Below the pieces are notes generated by a model that ran no database searches, was not told where the DNA came from, and was given only the letters and a program-made list of their open reading frames with translations. Shown here piece by piece: positions 1-10,721 of a stretch of 64,000 nt of DNA. The stretch spans positions 124,001-188,000 of the forward strand of contig JBDOQK010000018.1 of assembly GCA_040437565.1 (NCBI GenBank), read 5' to 3'. Made by a program: the position numbers and the translations under genes. This DNA is from Albugo candida (lineage: Eukaryota). The stretch's first letter is position 1; each line of letters begins with the position of its first letter.

Positions 1-1751
1 TCGACGCTGGTGCTTTGTCTATAATGGAAAGCTATTCATCTCTGAACACGTTGCCGATGGTCGACAACGAAAAGTGGCTTCGTAAAGTTCTCCGCGACAT
101 TCTTCAGTTCAAGGGTGTTCTCATCACGGATTATAAGGAAGTGCAAAACCTGGTGGATTACCATCACACTGCGAGCAATTATACTGAAGCGCTGAAACGA
201 TCTATCAGAGCTGGTGTCGACATTTCCATGATCGTCGATTACAGTATTGATTGGATTGATATGCTGAAGAAGATCATGAAAGAAGATCCCTCTATGATAC
301 CTTTCGTTGAGACTGCCATCAAACGAGTTATATACGTGAAGAACCAGCTGAACCTCTACGATCAACCTTATTCTGGTAAGGAACTTCTTGCCAACATTGG
401 ATCACAAGAAAGCATAGATTTGGCGATCCAAGTCGCCAGGGACTCGATTGTGCTGTTGCGAAATAACGACAGTGTTTTGCCGTTCAACCCAACTTCGAGA
501 ATTTTTCTCACTGGGAATGCAGCAAATAATGCGGGTGGCATGAGCGGTGGATGGAGTCATGCGTGGCAAGGACAAGATGGAAATGATCTTTTCAAGGAGA
601 GAATCACAATTCTCGATGGCCTGAAAAAGCTTGCCCAGAGACTCACATACACGGTAGGTTTAAATTACACCCAAGAGTATGACGAACAAGAAGTTTTGAA
701 GGCGCAAAATATGGCCAAGGAGGCAGATGTGTGTGTTGTCGCTCTTGCTGAGCACTCAGGTGTTGAGAAGCCTTTTGACATCGATGATTTGGCTCTTCCT
801 CTGAACCAGACCAAGTTTCTTGATGCGATGAAAATGTCGTGCAAGAAGCTTGTGCTTGTTCTAGTGCAAGCAAGACCGCGTACCTTTCCGGTCACCTCTG
901 ATATTCATGCAATACTCAATACTATGCTCGTTGGACCGCATGGTGGACAAGCAATTGCTGAGATATTGATGGGTTTGTACAATCCCAATGGACGACAAGT
1001 AGTCCCGTACTCAATGAAAGATGGACACAACAGTATTCCCTACAATGCCCCTGTCGACACGTTGTGTGGATATGGTCCATGTGTGGCCGACTTTCCGTTC
1101 GGATTTGGGCTATCTTACACGAAGTATGTGTACTCGAATCTCAGAATGAGCACGCAAACTGTCGCATGTGCAGGAACTCTTACTGTTAAGGTGGATGTAT
1201 CGAATCAGGGTTCCATGGCGGGGAGGGAAGCAGTTCTTCTTTTTATCCAACAAAAGACACGCTCTCATGTTCCGGAGATAAAGAATCTCAAGAGCTTCGA
1301 GAAAATCTCGCTCGCCATTGGTGAGACTAAGACCGTGACATTCGAACTTCAACAAGATGCATGGACGTATCTATCNNNNNNNNNNNNNNNNNNNNNNNNN
1401 NNNNNNNNNNNNNNNNNNNNNNNNNNNNNNNNNNNNNNNNNNNNNNNNNNNNNNNNNNNNNNNNNNNNNNNNNNNGTTCTTCTTTTTATCCAACAAAAGA
1501 CACGCTCTCATGTTCCGGAGATAAAGAATCTCAAGAGCTTCGAGAAAATCTCGCTCGCCATTGGTGAGACTAAGACCGTGACATTCGAACTTCAACAAGA
1601 TGCATGGACGTATCTATCTCCGGAGATCGAGGAAAACTTTCGTGTTGTTTGCGAGCCAGGAGCCTTTTTCGTTGCAATAAAGTACGACACGTTGTGCAAG
1701 TTCGACGGTAGCGAAACAAACGAAATGTGTGGTAAATTTACCGTTGCTTGA
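1..1751 (+). CDS. GH3 beta-glucosidase/exo-glucanase, copy 1 (5'-truncated by window edge)
   Basis: GVLITDY nucleophile motif, SIVLLRN, GGWSxxWQG, FPFGFGLSYT and a C-terminal Fn3-like domain (GREAVLLF..LKSFEKI). 1233-1375 is repeated at 1476-1618 across an N gap (artifact). Confidence 0.93.
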   Translation, partial: DAGALSIMESYSSLNTLPMVDNEKWLRKVLRDILQFKGVLITDYKEVQNLVDYHHTASNYTEALKRSIRAGVDISMIVDYSIDWIDMLKKIMKEDPSMIPFVETAIKRVIYVKNQLNLYDQPYSGKELLANIGSQESIDLAIQVARDSIVLLRNNDSVLPFNPTSRIFLTGNAANNAGGMSGGWSHAWQGQDGNDLFKERITILDGLKKLAQRLTYTVGLNYTQEYDEQEVLKAQNMAKEADVCVVALAEHSGVEKPFDIDDLALPLNQTKFLDAMKMSCKKLVLVLVQARPRTFPVTSDIHAILNTMLVGPHGGQAIAEILMGLYNPNGRQVVPYSMKDGHNSIPYNAPVDTLCGYGPCVADFPFGFGLSYTKYVYSNLRMSTQTVACAGTLTVKVDVSNQGSMAGREAVLLFIQQKTRSHVPEIKNLKSFEKISLAIGETKTVTFELQQDAWTYLXXXXXXXXXXXXXXXXXXXXXXXXXXXXXXXXXXVLLFIQQKTRSHVPEIKNLKSFEKISLAIGETKTVTFELQQDAWTYLSPEIEENFRVVCEPGAFFVAIKYDTLCKFDGSETNEMCGKFTVA

Positions 1752-3479
1752 GCTATGCGAGTATGTTGCCTCAGAGTATCGGCTAGATTTTCAGTGTAGA
1801 TTTTCAGTGGTGTAAAGATCTCGGTTGTTTGGTCTGAGACTCATGAATACACGTAGATGAATCATCCTCTTTGTACAAATATGCGATGGCTGGGGAAAGA
1901 TACTGTTGCATTTTACTTGACGTCAGAAAACTGAGTATCACCGTTTCTATTAGCATTGCGCTTAGTGAAGGGCGGACCTAGAATAGGTAAAGATCGACTG
2001 ATAGCGAGGCGGGAATTAGCATTGCCGATGCAAAGGATCGCCGAGAATGGCTGGTGTGACGTAATCTCAACTACCTTGTGGTGTGTGAAAACCTGCCGAG
2101 ACGAAGCATTTTATCAGGTAAATGGACATGTTCTGTGTCGCGGAAGGAAAGCCGTCTCATAGCTGATTCAGAAATATGCTCATATTTCAGTATAGGACGA
2201 GATTGATCGTAAGATACATCCGTGCTCGAGACAGCTTGCCCGGCTGATGGAATCGTTTAGTGAGAGGTTCAAAAGGTTCGCTTGTTCAGTTAAGTTGATG
2301 CGCCGTTGAGAAAGTCAAAGAAGCGCCGCTGAATGCTAGATGAAATTTTCCGTTGTTGATCGAGACTTCCTTGTATTTACGTCAAAAGCTAGAATACTGA
2401 GTGCTTAACATGTTGTAAACTGCGCCGTGTCTGTAAAAATACACTCCGACACATTCAAGCAATTGTTAACTCGGTCATTGAGAAGGTGAAGCAGTCTTCA
2501 GCTTCCACTTTTTCGTCAAGTTTGTGTAAACACTTTCGAGCTTGAGGTGAATAGCTGCCATCAGGTCTACACTTCCATATGGACTCATCAATAGTGTTCT
2601 AAACCGTACCCTCTAAAGCCTCAGACGTCTACTTATCTGCAAGCACGGCATTTTCTAAAACAGCATACATGTGCGGCTCACGAAGCGAGAGAGATGCCTA
2701 CAGTACGTAAATGGAAAAACGCAGTTCATCATCGACAACGAGTTCATTAGCAACCTCTTTTTAAGAAATGATAGTCGTGTTTTCCTACAATGCGTAGAAT
2801 TCGGATAGCCGACTTTTAGAAGCCGTACTGGAGGAAAAATCGGCTTAGATTCAATAAGCTTGCTACAAAAGCGCAAAAATCTTCACCTTAATTTTTAGGT
2901 TTCGTGCAAAAGCTATCAAGCAGGACCCGGCAGATAAGGGAGGTATATGTGCAGAAAAGCCGAGCAATTTTCACTCCCTATTCGTCTGCTCCTTACAATA
3001 GCTGATCGGAACCCATTACGTAATTTAAAACGAATGCACAAGAGTTGTATTCGCAACCCTAAGTAACCCCTTTATGTGAAGTTGCTAATGCAATTTCTGC
3101 TTGTGAGAGAGTCGGACCAGTTCTTTGAACTGAAGAAAGGCGAACAATTTTCCAGGGTGGTGTGTGCTTGCTAGCAAAGAGAGCGTTACTAATGGAAGAG
3201 CCAATATGCAATCTGATCAGTAATGAGTGTCGTGCCTAAATCTTGAAGGAAATGACAAGCGGAAAGGCTCGAACTTTTCCGTATAGAGCATGACGGCCTA
3301 AGTTGAAAAATGAAGCCCTGTTGTATCTTAAATCATCTAAGCACAAACAAAAATCCATCATCTTGCACACAAGCATCACTAGTGCAAACTCGCCTAAGCA
3401 GCGAATATCTTGGTAGACTCACAATCACCACAGTATCCTACATACAATTTCAACCTACGGGTACAAGAATTTGGCTATA

Positions 3480-4526
3480 ATGCCAAGACTTCTACAATCG
3501 CTATGCGTTTTAGGCGCTGTATTCATTCCGGGCACGCACGGTGACGACTCCAAGGTTGACACTATATACGGGAGCCTGTCTGCCGAGCACCGAATCGGAC
3601 AGCTATTTCAACTCGAGGCGGCGTCGACAATCATGGATGGAGAAAAAGTGAACCAAGCCAACCTTCTGAAACTCGCACAGCTCGGCATCGGATCCTATCT
3701 CAACAACTTTGGTGTGTTCAACAGAAATGGATTTCAGGAAAATTTGAACGGTTCAGAAATACGGCAGATAATCGACAATATGATGGACGTCAGTTTGAAG
3801 GAAGACCCTAATAACCCGATCCTGTACGGCCTTGACTCAGTTCATGGAGCCAATTTTGTCGGGAAGGCAACGATCTTCCCTGCTCAGATCAATATTGGTT
3901 CCACTTTCGATGTGAAGTACGCATTTCAGGTCGGAGTGGTAGCCTCTAATGACACGGCTGGTGCTGGCTCCAAGTATGTATTTGGTCCCGTTGCAGACGT
4001 GGCTCTTAGTAAGCGGAGTTGTCGTATTCAAGAAACATTTGGCCAAGACAGCTATCTGGTCTCCCGTATGACTGCTGAGAGCGTGAAAGGTATTCAGAAC
4101 AATGGACTTGTTACCGCATGTCTCAAACATTTTCTCGGATATCAGCACAANNNNNNNNNNNNNNNNNNNNNNNNNNNNNNNNNNNNNNNNNNNNNNNNNN
4201 NNNNNNNNNNNNNNNNNNNNNNNNNNNNNNNNNNNNNNNNNNNNNNNNNNGTTCTTCTTTTTATCCAACAAAAGACACGCTCTCATGTTCCGGAGATAAA
4301 GAATCTCAAGAGCTTCGAGAAAATCTCGCTCGCCATTGGTGAGACTAAGACCGTGACATTCGAACTTCAACAAGATGCATGGACGTATCTATCCCCGAAG
4401 ATCGAGGAAAATTTTCGTGTTGTTTGCGAGCCAGGAGCCTTTTTCGTTGCAATAAAGTACGACACGCTGTGCAAATTTGACGGTGAAGAAACAAACGAAA
4501 TGTGTGGTAGATTTACCGTTGTTTGA
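3480..4526 (+). CDS. Secreted GH3 beta-glucosidase, copy 2 (middle missing in gap 4151-4250)
   Basis: Signal peptide MPRLLQSLCVLGAVFIPGTHG; LYGLDSVHGANFV, FGPVADV, ETFGQD and ACLKHF motifs. The C-terminus is nearly identical to copy 1. Confidence 0.9.
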   Translation: MPRLLQSLCVLGAVFIPGTHGDDSKVDTIYGSLSAEHRIGQLFQLEAASTIMDGEKVNQANLLKLAQLGIGSYLNNFGVFNRNGFQENLNGSEIRQIIDNMMDVSLKEDPNNPILYGLDSVHGANFVGKATIFPAQINIGSTFDVKYAFQVGVVASNDTAGAGSKYVFGPVADVALSKRSCRIQETFGQDSYLVSRMTAESVKGIQNNGLVTACLKHFLGYQHXXXXXXXXXXXXXXXXXXXXXXXXXXXXXXXXXXVLLFIQQKTRSHVPEIKNLKSFEKISLAIGETKTVTFELQQDAWTYLSPKIEENFRVVCEPGAFFVAIKYDTLCKFDGEETNEMCGRFTVV

Positions 4527-4729
4527 GCAATCCTAGTAGGTTGCGTTTTGCGTTGTGTTGTGGGATGATTGTAGTATCGTAAATACAATCTGTTTGTTTT
4601 GAATAAGTTCTGTTTTTTTCTATTGATTAATCGAGTGGAAAGCAGAAGACGCATGTTACCTCGTAGGACGGGCAGAAGATTACGGTGACTATAATTGAAG
4701 TGAATTTGGACCATTTTCAATCCTTAACT

Positions 4730-5550
4730 GTATAGAGATTTTAGCATCAGATTTCTGATATAGCTAAAAGGTCTGGTGTACAGTGCTGTGGAATCCATTT
4801 CGTGCGCTCAAATCCAGTTCAGATTGCGTTCAGTTCGAAGCATGGAAGTGGCATTAGGAGTAGCGTACTTTGTTAGCATCATCATAGCATCTTCAGAATT
4901 GCTGTCATCATCTCACGCCGCAGTTGCATCGTACTCAATGACATCATCTAATACTTGATGATCTCCTGGATGTAATTCTATAAATCTCGTTATGTCAACT
5001 TCCTGATCGTCCGCCACCATAAGTAATCACTACTTTTGTGTGCAGAAAACACGAGCACGGTTAATAGATCTGGAAAGTGTGCTTGAAAGTAATACTGCTA
5101 CTGTCCAAGAAATGGATAATCATTCCATTCGTTCCTTCCGAAACGTCTGACTTCCATCGGAATATGAATTACCATAAGAATATGGCAGAGTCACCGAAAT
5201 AACTTTGTCACTGCGAGCTCCTCGCTCCCAGACATGGAGATTTCACCGTGGGTACCTTCGATGTGGCGTGCCACATTACACAGAGTTTTGATGAAATATT
5301 TAGCCGAATACTTGAAGCCTGCTTGTGGCTTTTGTATAAGCAGATGTCGGAATAGCGACATCACATTGCTACTGCATTGTGGCCGAAAGGATAGAGTTCG
5401 TATGCTGTTTCTACTCGGCTGTACAACTGCAAGATGTTAATCAGTGCGGAGCAGATTACATCGAGAAAGTATCGTGTAGTCTACAAGCGGTAGATAGCCG
5501 TGTACCTATCCAAATTAGAGGGGAAAGTACCCAATATAAAACATGGAACG
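4730..5550 (-). pseudogene. Degenerate copy of the F-box/cytochrome b5 gene at 9696-10721
   Basis: Colinear nucleotide similarity to about 9705-10580, e.g. gatctcctggatgtaattctataaat vs gacctcctggatgtaattttataaat. HPGG has become HPGD, a Trp TGG has become TGA at 4913-4915, and there are indels. Confidence 0.85.
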
Positions 5551-5584
5551 GCTTCTATCGACATTTTTGATTGGAGTTGACGCC

Positions 5585-6032
5585 ACTGAGGTATTATACT
5601 GACTTCTCAATTTGCCGGCTACTAAGTAACCCGCCAATTTAGTAAAACAACTCGAAAAAATTAACCTTTTTCAACTCCTTCCTCTCGAAAACAATGGTTC
5701 AAGTCGACATATCGACAGAACCAAGGGTGCTAGCGTCCACTTGTAGTGACGTGGCAACCCTCATGAGTCACCCTGTTTTGGGTGATTGTATGATTGTTGA
5801 TCAGTCATCACCCCTGTGTGGTAACGTGGAAAGTACCCCCACCCCNNNNNNNNNNNNNNNNNNNNNNNNNNNNNNNNNNNNNNNNNNNNNNNNNNNNNNN
5901 NNNNNNNNNNNNNNNNNNNNNNNNNNNNNNNNNNNNNNNNNNNNNATGTTATTTAAGATAGCCTAGGCAACTAGAGAAGTCAGTTAGTCTAATTCTAGTA
6001 ATATAGACACCTCCAACTGAGGTATTATACTG
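5585..6032 (+). mobile_element. Candidate transposable element insertion (interior collapsed in gap 5846-5945)
   Basis: 17-bp direct repeat ACTGAGGTATTATACTG at 5585-5601 and 6016-6032. Imperfect ~35-bp inverted repeats at 5598-5630 and 5948-5984. An ORF starts at 5694 and runs into the gap, and this gap lacks duplicated flanks. Confidence 0.5.
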
Positions 6033-6985
6033 TCGTCAGATAATTTCAATTAGTGCATCTCATTGATCCGCCCATTAAATAATACATTGCTTTTAAGACT
6101 CAAAATTAGTGTTTATATACACGACAAGCCACAGACGTATTCCTCAAACGTATTCGCAAGCACGGCATTATTTAGATTATGTGAAAAAATCGGAAGGTCA
6201 GGAGCAGGGAGTTGTAAAATGATATTACATTTGAAAATCGCTCAAAGCTAGAGAAATGTTGTAATACGTGGGCAGCCATGATACCGAAGATCGCACTCTA
6301 TTGCACAATGGCTCGATTCGATGATTCTAGTGTTATACTGGTAAAGTGTGCTGCGCTCTTTATCTGAGGCTACATTGGTTGAAAATGCGAGATTTATTTA
6401 GATGAACACATCAACGACTCGGTTTAGGCCAGGAGAAGACTTGTATAGACACCAGGCGAATATTATTCTCATACTTCTGACTATCACACACAAAGCGACA
6501 ACCAATCAAGCCAATTAATATTGAAATTTAATAAATAAGAGAGTCTATTCCACAACCTTCAGAATGATCCATTAACCATATGCTGTAAAGCGCTGAAATT
6601 GCTGCTTCTCGTGAGAACCGAATGAACACACTGCTTCGGAGAAGGATAGATCCAGATTATTATATGAATGTGCGTTAAATGGGAGAGGTCTAGTAGCAGA
6701 CATGCCATCACGCAGTCTGTAGACGAATTTTGGTCTGCATGAGACGGAAATGGTATGCAACAAGCGCAGGGAACCGAATCGTCAAGCAACTGCTAAGAAG
6801 GCATAGGATGAGCACGTATTTATATTTTATCCTGAGCAATCTAAACTCACAAAGAAACTTATCAACTTGCACCCAAGTTTTATACAGTCAAACTTCTCGA
6901 GTGCAGTGTACATCGTAGCACATTTCGATTTCTTATATTGTCAACAGTTTACTTACAACTCGCTCGTACAACATCTTGGTCAGCT

Positions 6986-9498
6986 ATGTCAAAAAGTCTA
7001 CAATCGCTATGCGTTCTAGGCGTTGCATGTATCTCGCGCACGTACGGCCGTGACGTCGAGGTTGACACTATCTACAACAAGTTGAGTCTCGATCACAAGC
7101 TTGGGCAACTCTTTCAACTCGAAGCGGCATTAACAGTAATGGATGGGAAAGATTTGAATTTCACCGAGCTTGATATGTACGCAAAACTCGGGATTGGATC
7201 CTATTTCAACAACTTTGGTGTTTTCGACAAGGATGGTTTTCAGGAGAATTTAGACGGCGTGGAAATACGAGATATAATTGACAATATGATGAACGTTAGT
7301 TTGGAGAAAGAGCCTCTGAACCCCATCCTTTATGGTCTTGACTCGGTTCATGGAGCCAATTTTGTCGGGAAAGCAACAATATTTCCTGCACAAATCAATG
7401 TTGGATCTACTTTCGATGTGACATACTCGTATGAGATCGGAGTGATAACCTCCAATGACATGGCTGGGGCCGGCTCCAAGTATAGCTTTGGTCCAGTCTT
7501 AGATGTGGCTCTCAACTTACGAAGTCCTCGTGTTCAAGAAACGTATGGTCAAGACAGTTATCTTGTGTCTCGCATGGGTGCTGAGAATGTAAAAGGTATA
7601 CAGAATTCTGGACTTGTCAGCGCATGCCCCAAACATTTTCTCGGGTATCAGCACAACGCGATCGGATACGACCGAACGAATGTTGATATTAGCAGGTTTA
7701 ACCTCGTGAACACTGCTCTCAGACCTTTCATGGCGGCGATTGACGCCGGCGCATTGTCTATAATGGAAAGCTATTCATCTCTGAACACAATGCCGATGGT
7801 CGACAACGCTGAGTGGCTACATACCGTTCTTCGCGATGTGCTTCATTTTAAGGGTGTTCTCATTACTGATTATAAGGAAGTGCAAAACCTCGTCGATTTT
7901 CATCACACGGCCGAAAGCTATGCAGGTGCACTGAAACGATCTATTCGAGCTGGTGTTGACGTTTCTATGGTTGTTGATTTAACCATCGATTGGATTGAAA
8001 TTCTGAAACAGATACTGGATGACGATAAGACTATGGGACCTTACATCGAGGCTGCTGTCAAACGAGTTATATACGTGAAAAGGCAACTGAATCTATACAA
8101 GAATCCTTATTCGGGAATGGAACATCTTGCCAATATTGGATCTCAAGAAAGCGTAGACTTGGCGATCCAGGTCGCCAGAGACTCCATTGTGCTATTACGA
8201 AACAACGCCTTTGTCTTGCCGCTGAAACCATTTACAAGAGTCTTCCTCACCGGAAATGGCATTGATAACGCGGGTGCGCAGAGTGGTGGATGGAGTCACA
8301 TGTGGCAAGGGAAAGACGGTAATGAGTACTTCAAAGAGAGAATCACAATTCTCGACGGATTAAGACAGTATGTGCCGGTGCCCCTACTCACATATATGGA
8401 TATCAATGAGGAGTTTGCCGAACTGGAAGTTGTGCCAGCCCTAGTCTTGGCCAAATTGGCGGATGTCTGTGTTGTCGCTCTCGCTGAGCACCCAGGTGTT
8501 GAAAAGCCTTATGACATCGACAACTTGGCTCTCCCTCCGAGCCAAGCCAGATTTCTGGATGCGATGAGATTGGCCTGCAATCAGATTGTACTTGTTCTGA
8601 TCCAAGCGAGACCACGCACCTTTGACGACTCACCTGATATTGACGCGATAGTGAACACAATGCTCGTAGGGCCGTATGGTGGACAAGCAATCGCAGAGAT
8701 CCTGGTGGGTTTATACAATCCTAATGGACGTCAGGTACTTCCGTACTCAATGAAAGACGGCCTTAACGGTATTCCTTATAACGCCCCTGTCGACACGCTG
8801 TGCGGAAGTGATGCATGTTTGGCGGAGTATCCATTCGGACATGGTCTGTCCTACTCTATATTTCTCTACTCGAACCTCAGATTGAGCACANNNNNNNNNN
8901 NNNNNNNNNNNNNNNNNNNNNNNNNNNNNNNNNNNNNNNNNNNNNNNNNNNNNNNNNNNNNNNNNNNNNNNNNNNNNNNNNNNNNNNNNNTAACGGTATT
9001 CCTTATAACGCCCCTGTCGACACGCTGTGCGGAAGTGATGCATGTTTGGCGGAGTATCCATTCGGACATGGTCTGTCCTACTCTATATTTCTCTACTCGA
9101 ACCTCAGATTGAGCACACGAAATGTCTCATGCTGGGGAACTCTGAATGTTTCCGTGGATGTAACCAATCTGGGGATCCTTCCAGGAAAGGAAGCAGTTCT
9201 CCTTTTTATCCAACAAAAAACACGTTCTCATGTTCCAGAGGTCAAGAATCTCAAAGCTTTCGAGAAAATTTTTCTCCTTCCCGGTATCACAGAGACCGTG
9301 ACATTCCAACTTCAACAAGATGCATGGACGTATCTGTCTCCGAATCTCAATGAAACGAATCTCAACGACAGCTTTCGTCCAGTTTGTGAGCCAGGAGCCT
9401 TTTACGTTGCAATGAAGTACGATACACTATGCAAATTTGACGACAGTGAAACAAACGAAATGTGTGGTCAGTTTACCGTTGTCAAGGAATTTCAGTAG
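6986..9498 (+). CDS. Secreted GH3 beta-glucosidase, copy 3 (full length once the gap duplication is removed)
   Basis: Signal peptide MSKSLQSLCVLGVACISRTYG, DSVHG, KHF, ITDY, EKP and an Fn3 domain. 8764-8890 is duplicated at 8991-9117 across the gap, which explains the apparent frameshift. Confidence 0.93.
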
Positions 9499-9695
9499 AT
9501 TGCGTTTTGATGTGGTATGGTTGTATAATCGTGAAATACAATCTATTTGTTTTGGATGAGCTATGTTTTATTTTAGCGATTATGTAGAATGGAAAGCGCG
9601 TCAGAAGACACATATTACCTCGTATGACAAGCCGAAGGTTACGGTGACTTTGAGAAGTTCAAGTTTTATAAATAAATTTAGGCGATTATGAATGT

Positions 9696-10721
9696 TTATC
9701 TGTATAAAAATTGCAGCATCAGATCTCTCATATAGCTAGAGGGTCTGGTGTATTGTAAAATCCATTTTGTGCGCTTCCATCGCGCTAAAACACGGGTCAG
9801 ATTGCCTTCAGTTTGAAACGCGGAAGTGGCATCAGGCATTGCATACTTTGTGAGCATCATCATAGCATCTCCAGAATGCTGTGCTGCTTCCCATAGTGCA
9901 GTTGCATCGTGTCCAATTACATCTTCTAAAACTTGATGACCTCCTGGATGTAATTTTATAAATTCCGTTATGTCAAAGACCTGATTGTATATTACGATGC
10001 ACTTTCGATCCTCTTGTGTGGAGTACACATGAGCAAGTTCAATGAATCTGGAAAGTCTATGCTGAAAGTAATACTGCCGCAGTGGAAGATACGGATACAC
10101 CATTCCATTCATTTCTTCTTGTACGCCAAAATCTCGTCGGAATATCTGTTGCCATAATAATGCAGCAGAGTCTCCGAATCGATTTTGCCACTGCGAACTA
10201 ACCATTCCACAGATATTGAGATCTTTTGCCGTGAGAAATTCCGCGACATTGATGAGTGTCACATCACACAGAGTTGTGAGCTTGACCTCCATCGAATACT
10301 TGGAGGCGGTTTCTCTAGCCAGTGATTTACTTGATAAAAGTTTCCGTGACGATGTCTTGATGAGGAAACCGAGCAATCTGCTCGCAACCTTGAATGTAGA
10401 CGCCCAGATAGCAGCTTCAAACATGATCACACTCATCGTGATCAATAGAGGAGTGTTCATCGACTGGATCCGGTCGGCCGACCAGCTGCTAATAGCTGTT
10501 TTGATGTTAACTATATCGAAGAAAGCCTCTCGCAATCTGTCTGAAGTAGAAACACCATGTACCCATACGAACGGTAACATGATACAAACAAACAAATGGA
10601 GGCATAGCATAAATATAATTGCCGTTGGATGTGTCTTTGACTGATACTTCTTTTGTATGTAGCAGCATTTGTCGGAACATGCAGATGTAAGCACTACTTG
10701 CAAAGACTTTGGGATCTTCAT
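9696..10721 (-). CDS. F-box-like + cytochrome b5 heme-binding domain protein (start may be 10721, an internal Met, or 10292)
   Basis: F-box-like LTTLCDVTLINVAEFLTAKDLNICGMVSSQW...LW. b5 domain CIVIYNQVFDITEFIKLHPGGHQVLEDVIGHDATALWEAAQHS with both heme His ligands. Hydrophobic N-terminal segments. Confidence 0.8.
   Translation of the reverse strand: MKIPKSLQVVLTSACSDKCCYIQKKYQSKTHPTAIIFMLCLHLFVCIMLPFVWVHGVSTSDRLREAFFDIVNIKTAISSWSADRIQSMNTPLLITMSVIMFEAAIWASTFKVASRLLGFLIKTSSRKLLSSKSLARETASKYSMEVKLTTLCDVTLINVAEFLTAKDLNICGMVSSQWQNRFGDSAALLWQQIFRRDFGVQEEMNGMVYPYLPLRQYYFQHRLSRFIELAHVYSTQEDRKCIVIYNQVFDITEFIKLHPGGHQVLEDVIGHDATALWEAAQHSGDAMMMLTKYAMPDATSAFQTEGNLTRVLARWKRTKWILQYTRPSSYMRDLMLQFLYR

Noticed and set aside
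10216-10644. Short antisense or alternate-frame ORFs overlapping real genes (this one and many others in the track)
   Set aside because: They are shadows of coding sequence with no recognisable motifs.
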